This document shows positions 49,960-61,906 of a stretch of 64,000 nt of DNA, in pieces. Position numbers and translations under genes: made by a program. This stretch comes from Antedon mediterranea (Eukaryota > Animalia > Echinodermata), in contig NC_092673.1 in NCBI RefSeq assembly GCF_964355755.1, forward strand, positions 5,828,001 to 5,892,000, read 5' to 3'. Within the stretch, counting starts at the first letter, position 1. Every line of letters starts with the position of its first letter. The notes under the pieces are model-generated. The model was not told where the DNA came from. It ran no database searches and worked only from the letters and a program-made list of their open reading frames with translations.

Positions 49960-52865
49960 ATTATTACCATTGTTGCTAACGTTTTCCGTCTTCCGACATT
50001 ACGCTTTCCACAATTTGTTTCCATTTTTTTCTGTTTATGGCAGGATGGTTTTTTATTGTGTTAGTGTCTACTAGTCCTTGTAAGTCTTTCTTTATTTGAT
50101 TCATCCAGTTATTTCTTGGTCTTCCTACGGGTCGTTTTACTTTCCTGTTAGTTTCCTTCATTGTTTGTTTGATTGGGGTATCATCCGGTAATCTAATTAT
50201 GTGTCCATACCATTTTAGTCTCCTTCGTTTAATTCTTTTACTCCATTCTTCTTGTTTTGTTATCTCGTATATTTTCGTGTTACACACTCTATCTGTTAAT
50301 TTAATATCTATCATCTTTCGCAACATTTTCCTGTGATATATATCTATACTCTCTTGTAATTTTTTGTTTAGTACCCAGAGTTCACTGTTATATAAGAAAA
50401 TACTTGCTATGTATGCGTCAAACAAACGGGATTTCACGTCTATAGACATCGTTTTGTGTTCTAGCGACGACTTCAGCTTGTTATATGCCATAGCTGCTAG
50501 TGATTTTCTTCTTTTAATGTCTTTTTCTGTGTCCAAGTTACTACCGAGGTATTTGCATTCTTCCCATTTACTATCGGTGTTTCTTCCTATTAGGTATTCT
50601 TCTGTTTTACTTTCGTTTATCTTTAGATTGAATTCTGCTAATTTCTCTGTTACATTTTTCTTTATTTTAGTTATGTGTTCTTTTGAGTCGCTAATAAATG
50701 AAATGTCATCTGCATACTGCATCTGGATATTAAGCTGTTGTAGGGGTAGTGGTGTTGTGTTTGCTGATTCGAGTGCCTTTGCTAGGTATAGTGTGAACAG
50801 TATCGGAGACATACAGTCACCTTGTAGTACTCCTAGTGTAGTAGTAAACAATTTTCCTGTCTGTTTTCCAATTCGAACGCTTAATTTTACATTGTTTATC
50901 AAAACTTTCAACATGTGTAGTTCATCATCTTGTAATACATGTGTCAGTATGTCGAATAGAGTATTCCTCCGCACCGTGTCAAATGCACTGGTCATGTCAA
51001 GTAGTAGTAATATTATTTCGTAGTTAGATGACGCAATTGCCTTTTCTGCTAACATTTTGCATGTATGTACATGTTCGGTAGTGCTTCATCCTCTGCGATA
51101 CGCGGCCTGTGTTACAGGGACATGTTCATCTAATCTGTCGTTTATCCTATTTAGTAAGCATATTGCTAGCATTTTCCTAAGAACCGACAGTAGGATGATG
51201 GGTCGGATGTTTTTTGGTGGACCTTTTTTCTTGCCTGGTTTCGGTATTGGATGCAATATGCCTTCGTTGATTTCTTTAGGTATGTTTCCTGTTTTAGCTG
51301 TTTGGTTATATATTTCTGCTATGTGGTTAAAAACTTCTATAGGTGCATATTTTACCATTTCAGAGTATACTTGGTCACTTCCTGGGCTTTTATTATTTTT
51401 TAAGCATTTCGCTGCTTTGGCAACTTCATCACCTGTAAAGGGAGACTTCATTTCAATAGGTTTAATGTTTTCGTTTATAGGTTTTTCTTGTGATTTGTGA
51501 TAGACGTTTTCAAAGAAATTGCTAATTATTTCTACCTGCTCTTCTTCGTTTGTTGTTATACCGAACTCTGTTTCTACTACAAGTCTTTTATTTTCGTTAA
51601 GTTTTAGGTTTTTTACTGCTTGGTACATTCTTGTTAAGGATCATCTTTGAATTTTTCAATTTCAGCTATCTTTTCTTTTAGTGTATCTTCTTTTTCTTTA
51701 TTAAGTTCAGTATGAATATTCTTTATGATTTGATTTCTTTCTTTCCTAAGTTTTGTTTTCTTTGATTTGTCATTTGATGAATTTATGTCGCACCTCAACT
51801 GTTTCTGCTTCTTCGATAACTCTTGTATATATTTATTGTTTGATTTAGACTTTGCTTTCCTGTAACCAACCACTTCCAATGCTACATTCTGAAAGACTGT
51901 CGTTAATTTGGTCCATTTCTCTTGTGGTTCCAGGTCCTGGATGTTTACAGATTGTATACATCTCGATACCTTTCTTTGATATGTTTGTCTGTTTTGTTGT
52001 GCTTGAAGTTTTGACACATCTATTTGTTTGGTTTTCTTAGCGTTACTATTTAATTTATACCATTGTAGTGTTAAAGTTGTCTTGACTAATCTATGATCAG
52101 TGTATGTTCTCGTACCACTGTATGCTCTTGCGTTAGTGACTAGCTTCATGTGTGAATTCTTAACTAGAATGTTAATCGATCTGGTTTCTGTAGGGGTTGC
52201 GTCTGATCTCTCCACTCTTCTGATCGTTATGCTGATCGCGTCTCTGCGGGCATTCCCACGTAGTCCTATGTGACATTTTATGTTTAAACATGGTATTTGT
52301 TAGTACTAGATTATTTCTTAGTGCACATTCAACTAGCTGTGTTCCATTATTGTTTGTTTTTCCTTTACCATATCTTCCTACACATTGTGGGTAATCATGA
52401 TGGTTATACCCCGTTTTTGTATTCATATCTCCAGCTAATATTAGGATATCTCTGTTTTTTGCTTCATTTAATCTCTATCCCAAGGTTGTTGTTCACTATG
52501 TTCTAAAGTAGGTGCATATGCGCATACGAAAAGTACATTCCTGGGTTTTGGCCTACGCCTCGACCCAGGCTTACCTCCTCTACTTTCTATGTTGATTCGG
52601 GCTGTAATTACTCTCTCCGATATTTCCTTAAATTCTGCTTTAAAACTGCTCTCAACTAGAATTCCAACGCCATGTCTTGTGTTGTTTGCGGGTCCAGTGT
52701 AGAAGAAATCATATCTGCCTTTGTTATCGTCAGGCCTGATTTGAATGACATCGCTACCCGCCAGGTGGTGCGATTGGACCCCGAGAATGTCAAGCTTGTA
52801 TTTAGCTGCATCGCTGGCTAGTTCTCGTTTCTGAAAATCGCTTCTAATACCGCGAACATTTAAAC
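49960..52865 (-). mobile_element. Near full-length RTE-like LINE (APE + RT) in gene 2 intron 1, frameshifted
   Basis: NVRGIRSD..LDILGVQ, NQID, TDHRLV, KSPGSD, RPIILLS, QAAYRRG, LLDMTSAFD, GVLQGD..SP.LF, QYADD, YLGS, LYNSELW, RLKWYGH, RPVGRP..W. Confidence 0.95.
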
Positions 52866-53240
52866 TTCACTGTGTTTAAAGACTTTCTACACCTTCCCAA
52901 ACACATCCTTAAAACATACACATAAATATTTGGAAACAAATAAAGTGTGGAAAAAGACTATTTGATGTTATTTTCCCTGATGTTATGTATAGTGCGGCGT
53001 CACCCAGCACTTCCGGAATACAATACTAATTATTACCAACAAACTCCTAAATGACATGACTCTATTTGTGGTAGATTATAACTTATTTCTCCTTGATTAT
53101 AGGTAATTGTCGTAACAAATTTTAATGCACGAATTTCATCATGTAGCTTGGATAAAAAAAAAATGTATGTGAACAAGCCAAGTACCTAAAATTCAGGTTC
53201 AGCATGAAAATCAGATAATTTATTTCTTTTATATCTTTAG

Positions 53241-53308
53241 AGCAAACTGACAGACAAGCTTCAACAAGTACTACTGCATCATTAGAACCACTTTACTCTA
53301 AAACAAAG
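53241..53308 (+). CDS. Gene 2 exon 2: 68-nt Ser/Thr linker (phase 1 to 0)
   Basis: atctttag acceptor, AAG|gtatat donor. Encodes (E)QTDRQASTSTTASLEPLYSKTK. gacaagcttcaacaag matches gene 1 gacaagccacaacaag. Confidence 0.72.
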
Positions 53309-53441
53309 GTATATAGGCTTACACTAAATTTATCAAATCCAAATTTTCATTTTATGCTCAAAATAAAATATTAAACTTTGCTACTATACTAGTACAACCA
53401 AAACAATTCAAAATCATTAATTAATTAATTATGTTTCATAG

Positions 53442-55717
53442 ATGTCTGCTGAAACAGTGTTGAAGTTTGTTGACAAAAAAGGCCTTGAATGCTCAATCTG
53501 TCTACAAAGATTCACAAATCCAAAGACACTAAAGTGTCTTCATAATTACTGTCTTAACTGCCTGCAAGAATTGATGAAAGTAAATGGAAAGATACAATGT
53601 CCAAAATGCCGTCGGACATTTGATCTAAAATTTGATGATTTGAAAAATCTGAAGTGCAATGAAACAATACATTACCTAGTTGAATATGTTGAGAAGATTG
53701 AATCTGAAAAACCAGAAATCTGTTCAAGTTGTAATATTCAACCACAATACCATTGCTCTGATTGTGAAAGGTATTTGTGTTGGAAATGCATTGAACAGAA
53801 ATTTCCTGCACATAAAAAACATTCACTGTACACATTAGATTTAAATCGAGATCAAAGTCAACATTCACAACAATGTTCATATCATCCTGAAAAAACACGA
53901 GAATATTACTGCCTTACATGTAAACTTTCTGCATGTGAAGATTGCAAACCTATTCTCAGTTGTTTTAGAAATAAACATAAGGTGATCAGGGGTGCTGACA
54001 GCTGGCGTACTAGAGTGGCAAGACTATTTATATTCATTCTATCTTTTTTTCTAATTCTTTTGTTTGTATCCATTTGGCCAATTGAGGTACCAATGGAAAT
54101 GCAAAGAGCTCTGATTGACATTACTCCAACTGTAAATGAAACTATGAAAATAGCTGATGGCATTAAAGGAAAACTAAATGAAATATTAAATGTTATCACT
54201 AAAGAAAAATCAGAGTTAGAATCTAATTTGAAATTGAGCAGAAGAGCAATTGAGTTTCATGAGATTACAATTATCAGAAAGGTGAAAGAAGAAACTAAGG
54301 TAATGATGGCAAATCTTACACAAATGTATGAAGAACAAATCAAAGTTCTTGATAGTCATGATAAAAATATTAAAACAAATCTGACACAAGTGAACACACT
54401 AAAGGACTCTATAAAAAAAGCAATGAATAAACCAACACAAGCGGAAACTTTTGAATCATACCGGTCAACTATCACTGCTTTTAGTGATAAGGTTACAGCA
54501 GATGATCAATTGGAAAATATATTAATTCAAACAAGAAAGACACCAAAGTTTATTCCGTCTCAAAAGCTGGTTGAGTTGATGAATCATGAAGGTGTTGGTA
54601 AACTTATCACTGTTAGTGGTGTACACAAGGTTAATAAAGAAGATGAGAACATTTCAGTCACAAAAGGACAGTTATTTAGTGTGAGAGTATCAAGACTAGC
54701 AGAGAGTGATGTTGGTAAATTAACAGTCACACTAAGCAACTCATTAGGTGAGAAAGCAGAGTCATTGAATTAGCTCACAGTAAGGGAGAGCACACGATAA
54801 CAGGTAGATGCAATTTGGAAGGAGATTGGCAGATGGATATCACTGATGGAGCTATGATACATGTCATAGGTTCACCAGTGAGTATCAAAGTGGAACCTAT
54901 TGGACTTGTACATACCATAAACAATATATCAGAGTATAAAGAATATAAGAAAACAGATAAAGTGACAGATGTAGTATTAGATACTGATGGATGTATGTTA
55001 GTGTCAAGCTACAGTAAAGATTTAATAAAGTTTGATCAATCGGGTTGTTTTGTTTCTAGGATACAAATACCTCAAAATGTTACAGTCAATTGCATGCATC
55101 AAATAGGCAATGATCGTCACTTTGTGTATAGTGACACAACAGAAAAATGTGTTATAATGTGTGATAATCAATATCATGAAATCCGAACATTTGGTAAAGG
55201 GGTATTAAAAAATCCATATGGAATAACGTTAAACCAAAAGAGCAGGATCTTATATGTAGCAGATTATGAATGTCACTGTGTGTTTAAATTCAATATTGAT
55301 GATGGTAGTCTACTGGGTACAATAGGTTCAAAAGGTAGTAAAGCAGGTCAAATGAAAAAACCATCAGATGTTACTTTAACAAAAGAAGGTCATGTGATTA
55401 TTGCTGATTTTGGAAATAGCAGAATACAAATGTTTGATGATAATGATAAGCTAATTAAGATCCTTGCAGGCTCTGGTAAAGAAGATGGTAAAGTCTTGGG
55501 TCCTCATGGTATAACCATAGATATGGATGGGAATATAATAGTATCCAGTAATCATAAACTACAACTATTTGATCAAAATGGTAAATTCCTTAAACGGATA
55601 GATACCAAAGATGATGGGTTGGATGTTCCAGGAGGGATTGCTGTAATTTCTAAAAGACCACGAAGAGTTGCAGTGGCAAACCATAAACCAAACAATGTAA
55701 AAATATTTAATTATTAA
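53442..55717 (+). pseudogene. Gene 2 last exon: TRIM-NHL paralog with TM-like insert and a 2-nt frameshift (pseudogene, truncated allele or assembly error)
   Basis: ORFs 53442-54773 and 54815-55717 are colinear with 20412-22580. Removing 'ga' at ~54759-54760 gives GEKAVIELAHSKGEHTITGRCN, which aligns to GEESATEIEHRNGEYTISGRCN. No other lesion was seen. Confidence 0.85.
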
Positions 55718-55789
55718 ATAACTACAAAACAAATAAATAATACTACAACTTAAATTGTAGGCTTCCAAATAATTAAATAATTCCAGTTA

Positions 55790-55850
55790 AAAGAGTGGAG
55801 TTGTGGCTTCCACTCCAAGGGTCCTGGGTTCAAGTCCCGTCACATGTCAG
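55790..55850 (+). other. tRNA-derived SINE-like fragment
   Basis: B-box-like gggttcaagtccc preceded by gagtgga...tccactc. No complete cloverleaf. Confidence 0.35.
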
Positions 55851-56215
55851 GAATTTTTCTAAGGACAAAATTACAACTCCACTCCCAAAGACTTGTAATA
55901 AGACTTTGTTTATGTAATGAACCTCTGAGGGTCGGTCCCTAATGATCAGCAATTGCTGGATGGATAAAACAATATGGTAAAAAAAATGTAGTATAAAAGA
56001 AACAAAAATCAGCTGACTTGAAGCATAATGTAAAAGCATTGTTTTATCTTAAATAGAATATTTCAAATAAAAATTGTACATTTCATAGTTTTTACTTATT
56101 TTATTGCTTTTGTTGTCAAGCAAGAAATGTATTTCAGATGTTTTATATGTTGAACTACTAAAGCTGTTCTATGTTATAGAAAAGGTAAAATTATCTACAA
56201 CTGTGAAACTTGTTG

Positions 56216-57044
56216 AAAGATATATTTTCCCCCTAAAAATTCACATTTTTTGTTGAATATTGCATTTCAATGACACATATAATAGTTGTTAACTTTGACT
56301 AAAAACTTGATCGAAAAAAAAAAATATTTACCTGAAAAAATGTAGTTTAAAGTCCTTAAATCCTTAAATTGTCTGTCAGACAATGGTTTTTGGTTAAAAT
56401 TAACAATTTCTTTTGTCTTTTAAAATATTTATTTTGTGTGGTTTGGGATTTTTTACAGAAGTGAATAAAATGGCCTATTTAGAGTCTGATTTTATTAAAT
56501 CCGGGATGATTCGGCGCACTTTTGGTGGGACGAAACATCCCACTTTGAGGGCAGAAATGTCTCACTTCTCACTCATATTCATTTTTTTTGGTATTTATCA
56601 AGTTTTTAAAGGTATTTAACAATCAATATTTTATAGATATTGACAATGTTGATATATTATATGAAATAAATTACTAAAAAAACCTAATTTTATATTCAAT
56701 TCATTACTTTGAAAACTTTGTTTTGTTTGTGCATTCACCAAGCGGCCAACAGAGGGCGTAACTTGTTTACATCGTTCGTGTGACTAAAAAATGATTATTT
56801 TCGACAATGTTTTCAAATTTTTTGCTTTATTGCATATTTATACCAAGTAATACCACCCCATAGTCCCTCTGAACATAAAGTTTGGAGAATAAAGCTTACT
56901 TTATGCTTATAAAATGCATATTAAAGCTGATAAATTTAAGTGTGCCGAATCGTCTTAGCACCGAATCGTCTTAGGGCCGAATCGTCCCGCTACCAGCCTA
57001 CTAATCTTCATTTTTCATGTTTTTGGGGGACAATACATCTTTAA
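56216..57044. mobile_element. Kolobok-like family B MITE (inverted) carrying a nested TIR element at ~56502-56989
   Basis: Outer ends aaagatatattttccccc ... gggggacaatacatctttaa. Inner ends cgggatgattcggc ... gccgaatcgtcccg, with three ccgaatcgtc subterminal repeats. Confidence 0.72.
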
Positions 57045-57295
57045 ACATAATAAATGTATATCACTATGGATAATAAAGAGATTCTCATAAACTAAAAGTC
57101 AATGAGTTGTAAAATTCATTTACTTATAAAACAATATATCGGTGTAATGTATTCAACATGGTCGTCTAGGTACAAGGTAAACAAATTACGTAAAAGTTGA
57201 CACTAGTAATAGTATTATAATAGAAGTTTAGCAATTGCCAAAATACATGTCATTTTAATCATTTTAACTTGCATTTTTAAGTTGATTTTCTTTTA

Positions 57296-59200
57296 CCGTA
57301 GTTCCTCGGGTATAATCCCACCTCGAGTATAATCCCACCCCCGACTTTACGATTACCTTCGCACGCAAGCATATCCCCGGGCAAAGTCCCAGTGTATAAT
57401 TTATCATTAGGAAAGAAGAGGTAGGCCTAGCTAGCTAGGCCGACGTCGATTTTTTTTAAAGAAATTCTCACCAAAAAATAGAGTAATTTCTCTGAATTCG
57501 GCTGACTTAAAACTCATCAAACATTGGCCATCGTAAAATTGAATACAACCTTAATATCATCGCCCCGATCTTCGCGTTCTGCACATCATGCATTCGCCGC
57601 ACACTCGCTCGCCGTGTACATTCTGCATGCCTTGTTTACACAACTGCATGCTTGATTACCATAAAAAAAAACACCGCCATCTATACTGACCGGACCAGTA
57701 CTGTAGTTCGTGTCACCATGGACCATACCTCCATAGTGTCACATGCAACAACATGCGATTTGCACAGAGCTCGAGCGTGGGGAATCGGGAGAGACGGAAA
57801 ACTCGTATGAGTTATGTCGATATTATTTAGGAAGCCAGGCCCAGATCACATTTTAGGGTATTTTTTAAGTAGAAATCTGGGAGAAAATTTAGGGTGTCAC
57901 GAAAGCTCAGACCACGAAAGCTCAGACCCCCTAAGACCTAAGATCACGAAAGCTAAGACCCAACACCTAAGATTACAAATACTAAGATATACTACAGCTT
58001 AAAAACAATACTTGTTTATCCATACATAATTTTAAACACAGTAGGTTTCATTTATTACCATAAATATAATTTAATACTACCGCAAAACATAGATAAACTC
58101 ACATTATTTTCGCCCGTTGAGTAAATGTATATTTTTTCTTTACAACAAACAAACTTGACGGGTTGTTTGTTGGTATATATTTACTCCATTGTGTTGCTTC
58201 AGAGAGGATGTTTTTCTTACGCACCTGCCTTTCTTGTATTTTGACTCCAAATTTGTTGACTAACTTTATCCTGAACACCACACTTTAAAATTAGGACTTA
58301 TAAGTACTTTCAGAAGGAGAAACACATAACAAATAAATAAATCCTTTAAATTGATGATTTTACAGGCGTGTTTCTTTGTATACTGTAATGTAACTCCTCG
58401 AGCTCCCCGCTCAATGTTTTTGTTTCTATGGAACGCCAAAAGAGCAACAATAATAGTACAAGTATAAAAACAGAAAGAAAACGAAACAAAAAAACTTTTA
58501 AGTTAAAATTTATTTGCCAGTATTTATTTCTTCGTACTTGCATGATTATACTATTATCATTACAATTTTAATTTTACATTGTTCCATCCACACTGTAGGT
58601 AGATGGACTCCACAGAGTTTTCAGCCCTCTATATAATTTTTGCTCTTTTGACGTTCCATAGAAACAAAAACATTGAACATGGCCCATGGGGTAGGCCTAC
58701 TGTACTGTGTAGGCTAGTCATTTTGTGTGCGAGAAAAACGTCTGTAAAATCATCAATTTAAAAATGTATTTGTTACTTTTTATGTGATTCTTTTTCATGA
58801 AAGTGCCAATTCTAAGGTTTGGTATTCAGAATAAATGTTGGGAGTTAAAATACAAGGCAGGTGCGAAAGATAAATATTTGTAATCTTAGGTGTTGGGTCT
58901 TAGCTTTCGTGATCTTAGGTCTTAGGGGGTCTGAGCTTTCGTGGTCTGAGCTTTCGTGACACCCAGAAAATTTATACAGTAGGCATAGACCAATTAGGCC
59001 GCCTAGGCCTAGATGACCTGGCAGTCTAATGTCTAGGCCTACATCGGAATATAGCTTTAGATAGCCTAAATCGTAGCCAAAAGAAATATTGTCATTTTCA
59101 GTAGTTCATGCACCGGGAAATCCCTGGGTATAGTCCCACCTCCCAAATTCGGGCAAATTTCACGTACAAAGGGGGTGGGATTATACCCGGGGAACTACGG
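57296..59200. mobile_element. TA-flanked Tc1/mariner-pogo-like non-autonomous element
   Basis: ta|ccgtagttcctcgggtataatcccacc ... ggtgggattatacccggggaactacgg|ta, with extra gtata(a/g)tcccacc subterminal copies. Confidence 0.85.
57892..58964. mobile_element. Mutator/MULE-like fold-back element with 10-bp TSD, nested in the TA element
   Basis: TIRs of ~88 bp starting gggtgtcacgaaagctcagacc. TSD agaaaattta at 57882-57891 and 58965-58974. Further degenerate inner inverted arms lie at 58220-58445 / 58640-58865. Confidence 0.9.
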
Positions 59201-59709
59201 TATTATAAAAAATCAAAGTGAATTTTTTCAACACAGTACCTCTAATTACAATTTAATCAAATTAAATAAATATTAAACACTAATATAATAGGAAAAGGTT
59301 TAGCAATTGCCAATATACAGTACATATTATTTTCAATCAATAATATATGTTACTTACAGTGTTCATATAATCTTGATAGAAGATGTCTTCGTACTGTTAA
59401 CTAGCATGCTACATGGTGCTAAAATTGGAGCTAGGCATAAATAAAAAAGGAAGTGTGAAAGTGACCTATATTCTAATATATTGTTTTAAGTAATGATAAA
59501 TGCAAAAGTTTACATAGCATTGTAAATATATATATAAGATCACAATGAGATTTATAATATAAATTGATAATATTAATTTCTTATGGCCTATCAATACATT
59601 TTTTGTATGTTATATTTCTTGTATTTTTAACTCTTTACCTATTAAAATACAGTTAACTTGTTTATCTCAGTAGATCTAAATAATATGCCAGAATCTGAAT
59701 CAGCCTGAC

Positions 59710-61906
59710 CAGGGCCGTAGCCAGGATCTGTCAAGGGGGGGTTCGCACACTAAGTATTTGGGTCACCCCCATACCTACCCCCCCCCCCCCTGGGGTGGGG
59801 CCTGAGGCGAAGCAGATGGCCGGAAAAGACACTCTCATGCAGCATGCTACCAATGAGCAAAACGATCGTACTTGGACTCGTGGACTAACGATAACATTTG
59901 TTGCCGTATGTTAGATGCGCGTGCTCTGTGCGGAACCGCCGATTGTTTGATCATTTACTCGATATTTTGTTTTGCGTTCAAGTTCAATGCGAACGTACGT
60001 CTAGGAGAAGCCCCGAAAAAAGCACACTGGGTGAAGGCAAATGCAATTCTTATTATAGCTCTATCTATAATATTTATTTACAGCAATTTGTTGAGGAAAT
60101 TAAATATGCCAATGTAAATAGGTGATATTGATACATTTGAGTACGTATCGGCTGGTGGTCTAGAAAAAAATAATCGGATGTCATAATGTGAACTACAGTA
60201 CATGATACCATAGATATTATAGTGCAAAATATTAATATTCACTATAATCCTCTATGATACATTATACTTCATAGCCACACATTAATACTGATGTATGTCG
60301 GAAGGCTATATACTTTATGCATGCTGCCTGACTGCCAGTGATCTAAACAATAGAGAGAAATGGTGAACCGCGATGACGTCACTCAAATTTCACCGAGTGG
60401 GTATAGATTGTAAACAAACCATTTCGCCACATGTTTTTGTATGGGAAATTCCGATGGGTTGAGTTAAAAAGGTAGTTAGAAAAGAACGTTTAAAACACAC
60501 ATAATAGCAGTATCTTTTTATTTTGCAACACCCTTAACAATTTTAATGTTATATGGGCAAATCTTAACATATTTTATTTCAATTTGGATTGAATTAAGAC
60601 GCGTTTTTGTTATATACTGTACCCAGCTCTAGGCCCTAGATAGTTTCGCTGATGCTGTGTTGACCTCGAGTAGGCCTACTCGAGCAGGCCTACTCGAGCG
60701 AGCCTAGCACGGATTATCGGTTATTATAATAATAATAATAATATTGGAAATTCTTTATTGCATATTATATAACACCTATATAAATTCCTGTCATTTGATT
60801 GGACGAATGTGGGTCACATGGCGTGCAATAGTACGCACTATTCAACGATCGTTAAATAGTACTTTTTGAAACATTTTTGTTTGTTATTTAGATGTTATAT
60901 AAAACAAATAATGAATGTTTTGTATTCGTGTAATGGTACAAATAATGGCACTTGGTGAATGATGAAAGGTTATATCAACTCGGCTTTGCCTCGTTGATAT
61001 AACCTTTCATCATTCACCTCGTGCCATTATTTGTACCATTGCACTCATAAACATTCATTATTTGTATACTGTACTACTACTACTTTAGCTAGGGTGCTGC
61101 TAGGCCTCTCCTAGCTAGGTAGTAAGACTAAATAGAGCATCTCTAGTAGACGTAAGCCTAGCATTTAGTTTCAGCTTGACAACTGCCATTTTGTTATGTG
61201 GCTAGTGATGCTTCCTGCCGGGGGGCTACCGCCAGTAATGAATACTTGATAAGACCATTCTACTATAATACTATAGGCCTAGTCTAATGTAGACCTACAG
61301 ATAGATATGAGATATTTTTAGGAATATGATTGTGAATGATGGATGACTAAATACACAAATAGAAAAAGAATTATGAGCGTTACAGCAACAACATTGGTTA
61401 GACGACGCCATGATTCACGTGTATAAACATAGGAAATGTGCCGCCCTCAACGGTTTGTTATGATTTTATACCCACTCGGATTTTAGACGTCGGTTCGCCA
61501 TTTCTCTCTATTGGTACGCAGTTGTCTGGCGGTGTCCTTTGTACGAATCGTTCGTCCGTCCCCCAGCTCGCTGTGAGACGCGTCAATATCATGTTACATG
61601 CAGGGACCAAACATTTGTTTTTCAGGTTAAAATCGGCAATTCATTTGCAACTCTTTACAGACTATATCACTCGAAGTACGCTCATACAGGGAAGAAGGTA
61701 CTGTATGAGTTATTCCGAACGAGTTTACAAATTTTTTAATTTACGAACAACTTTTTGTACTGTGGGGCACGTATTTGGACGATTTTCGGAGATGAGGGTG
61801 AGGTATTGGGCATGTCGGGGATGGGGGTTCGCAGTCGGTTAAGGAGGGTTCGCTGTAAAAGGGGGGTTCGCCCGAACCATAAAAACCCCCCCTGGCTACG
61901 GGCCTG
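59710..61906. mobile_element. Composite TIR element with hAT-like CAG termini
   Basis: cagggccgtagccagg ... cctggctacgggcctg, with G/C runs and gggttcgc repeats. Only a 5-bp flanking direct repeat (ctgac) is visible. Confidence 0.65.

Noticed and set aside
54748-54773. GT-AG micro-intron that would repair the gene 2 frameshift
   Set aside because: It is only 26 nt, has no polypyrimidine tract, and the sequence aligns as coding to gene 1.
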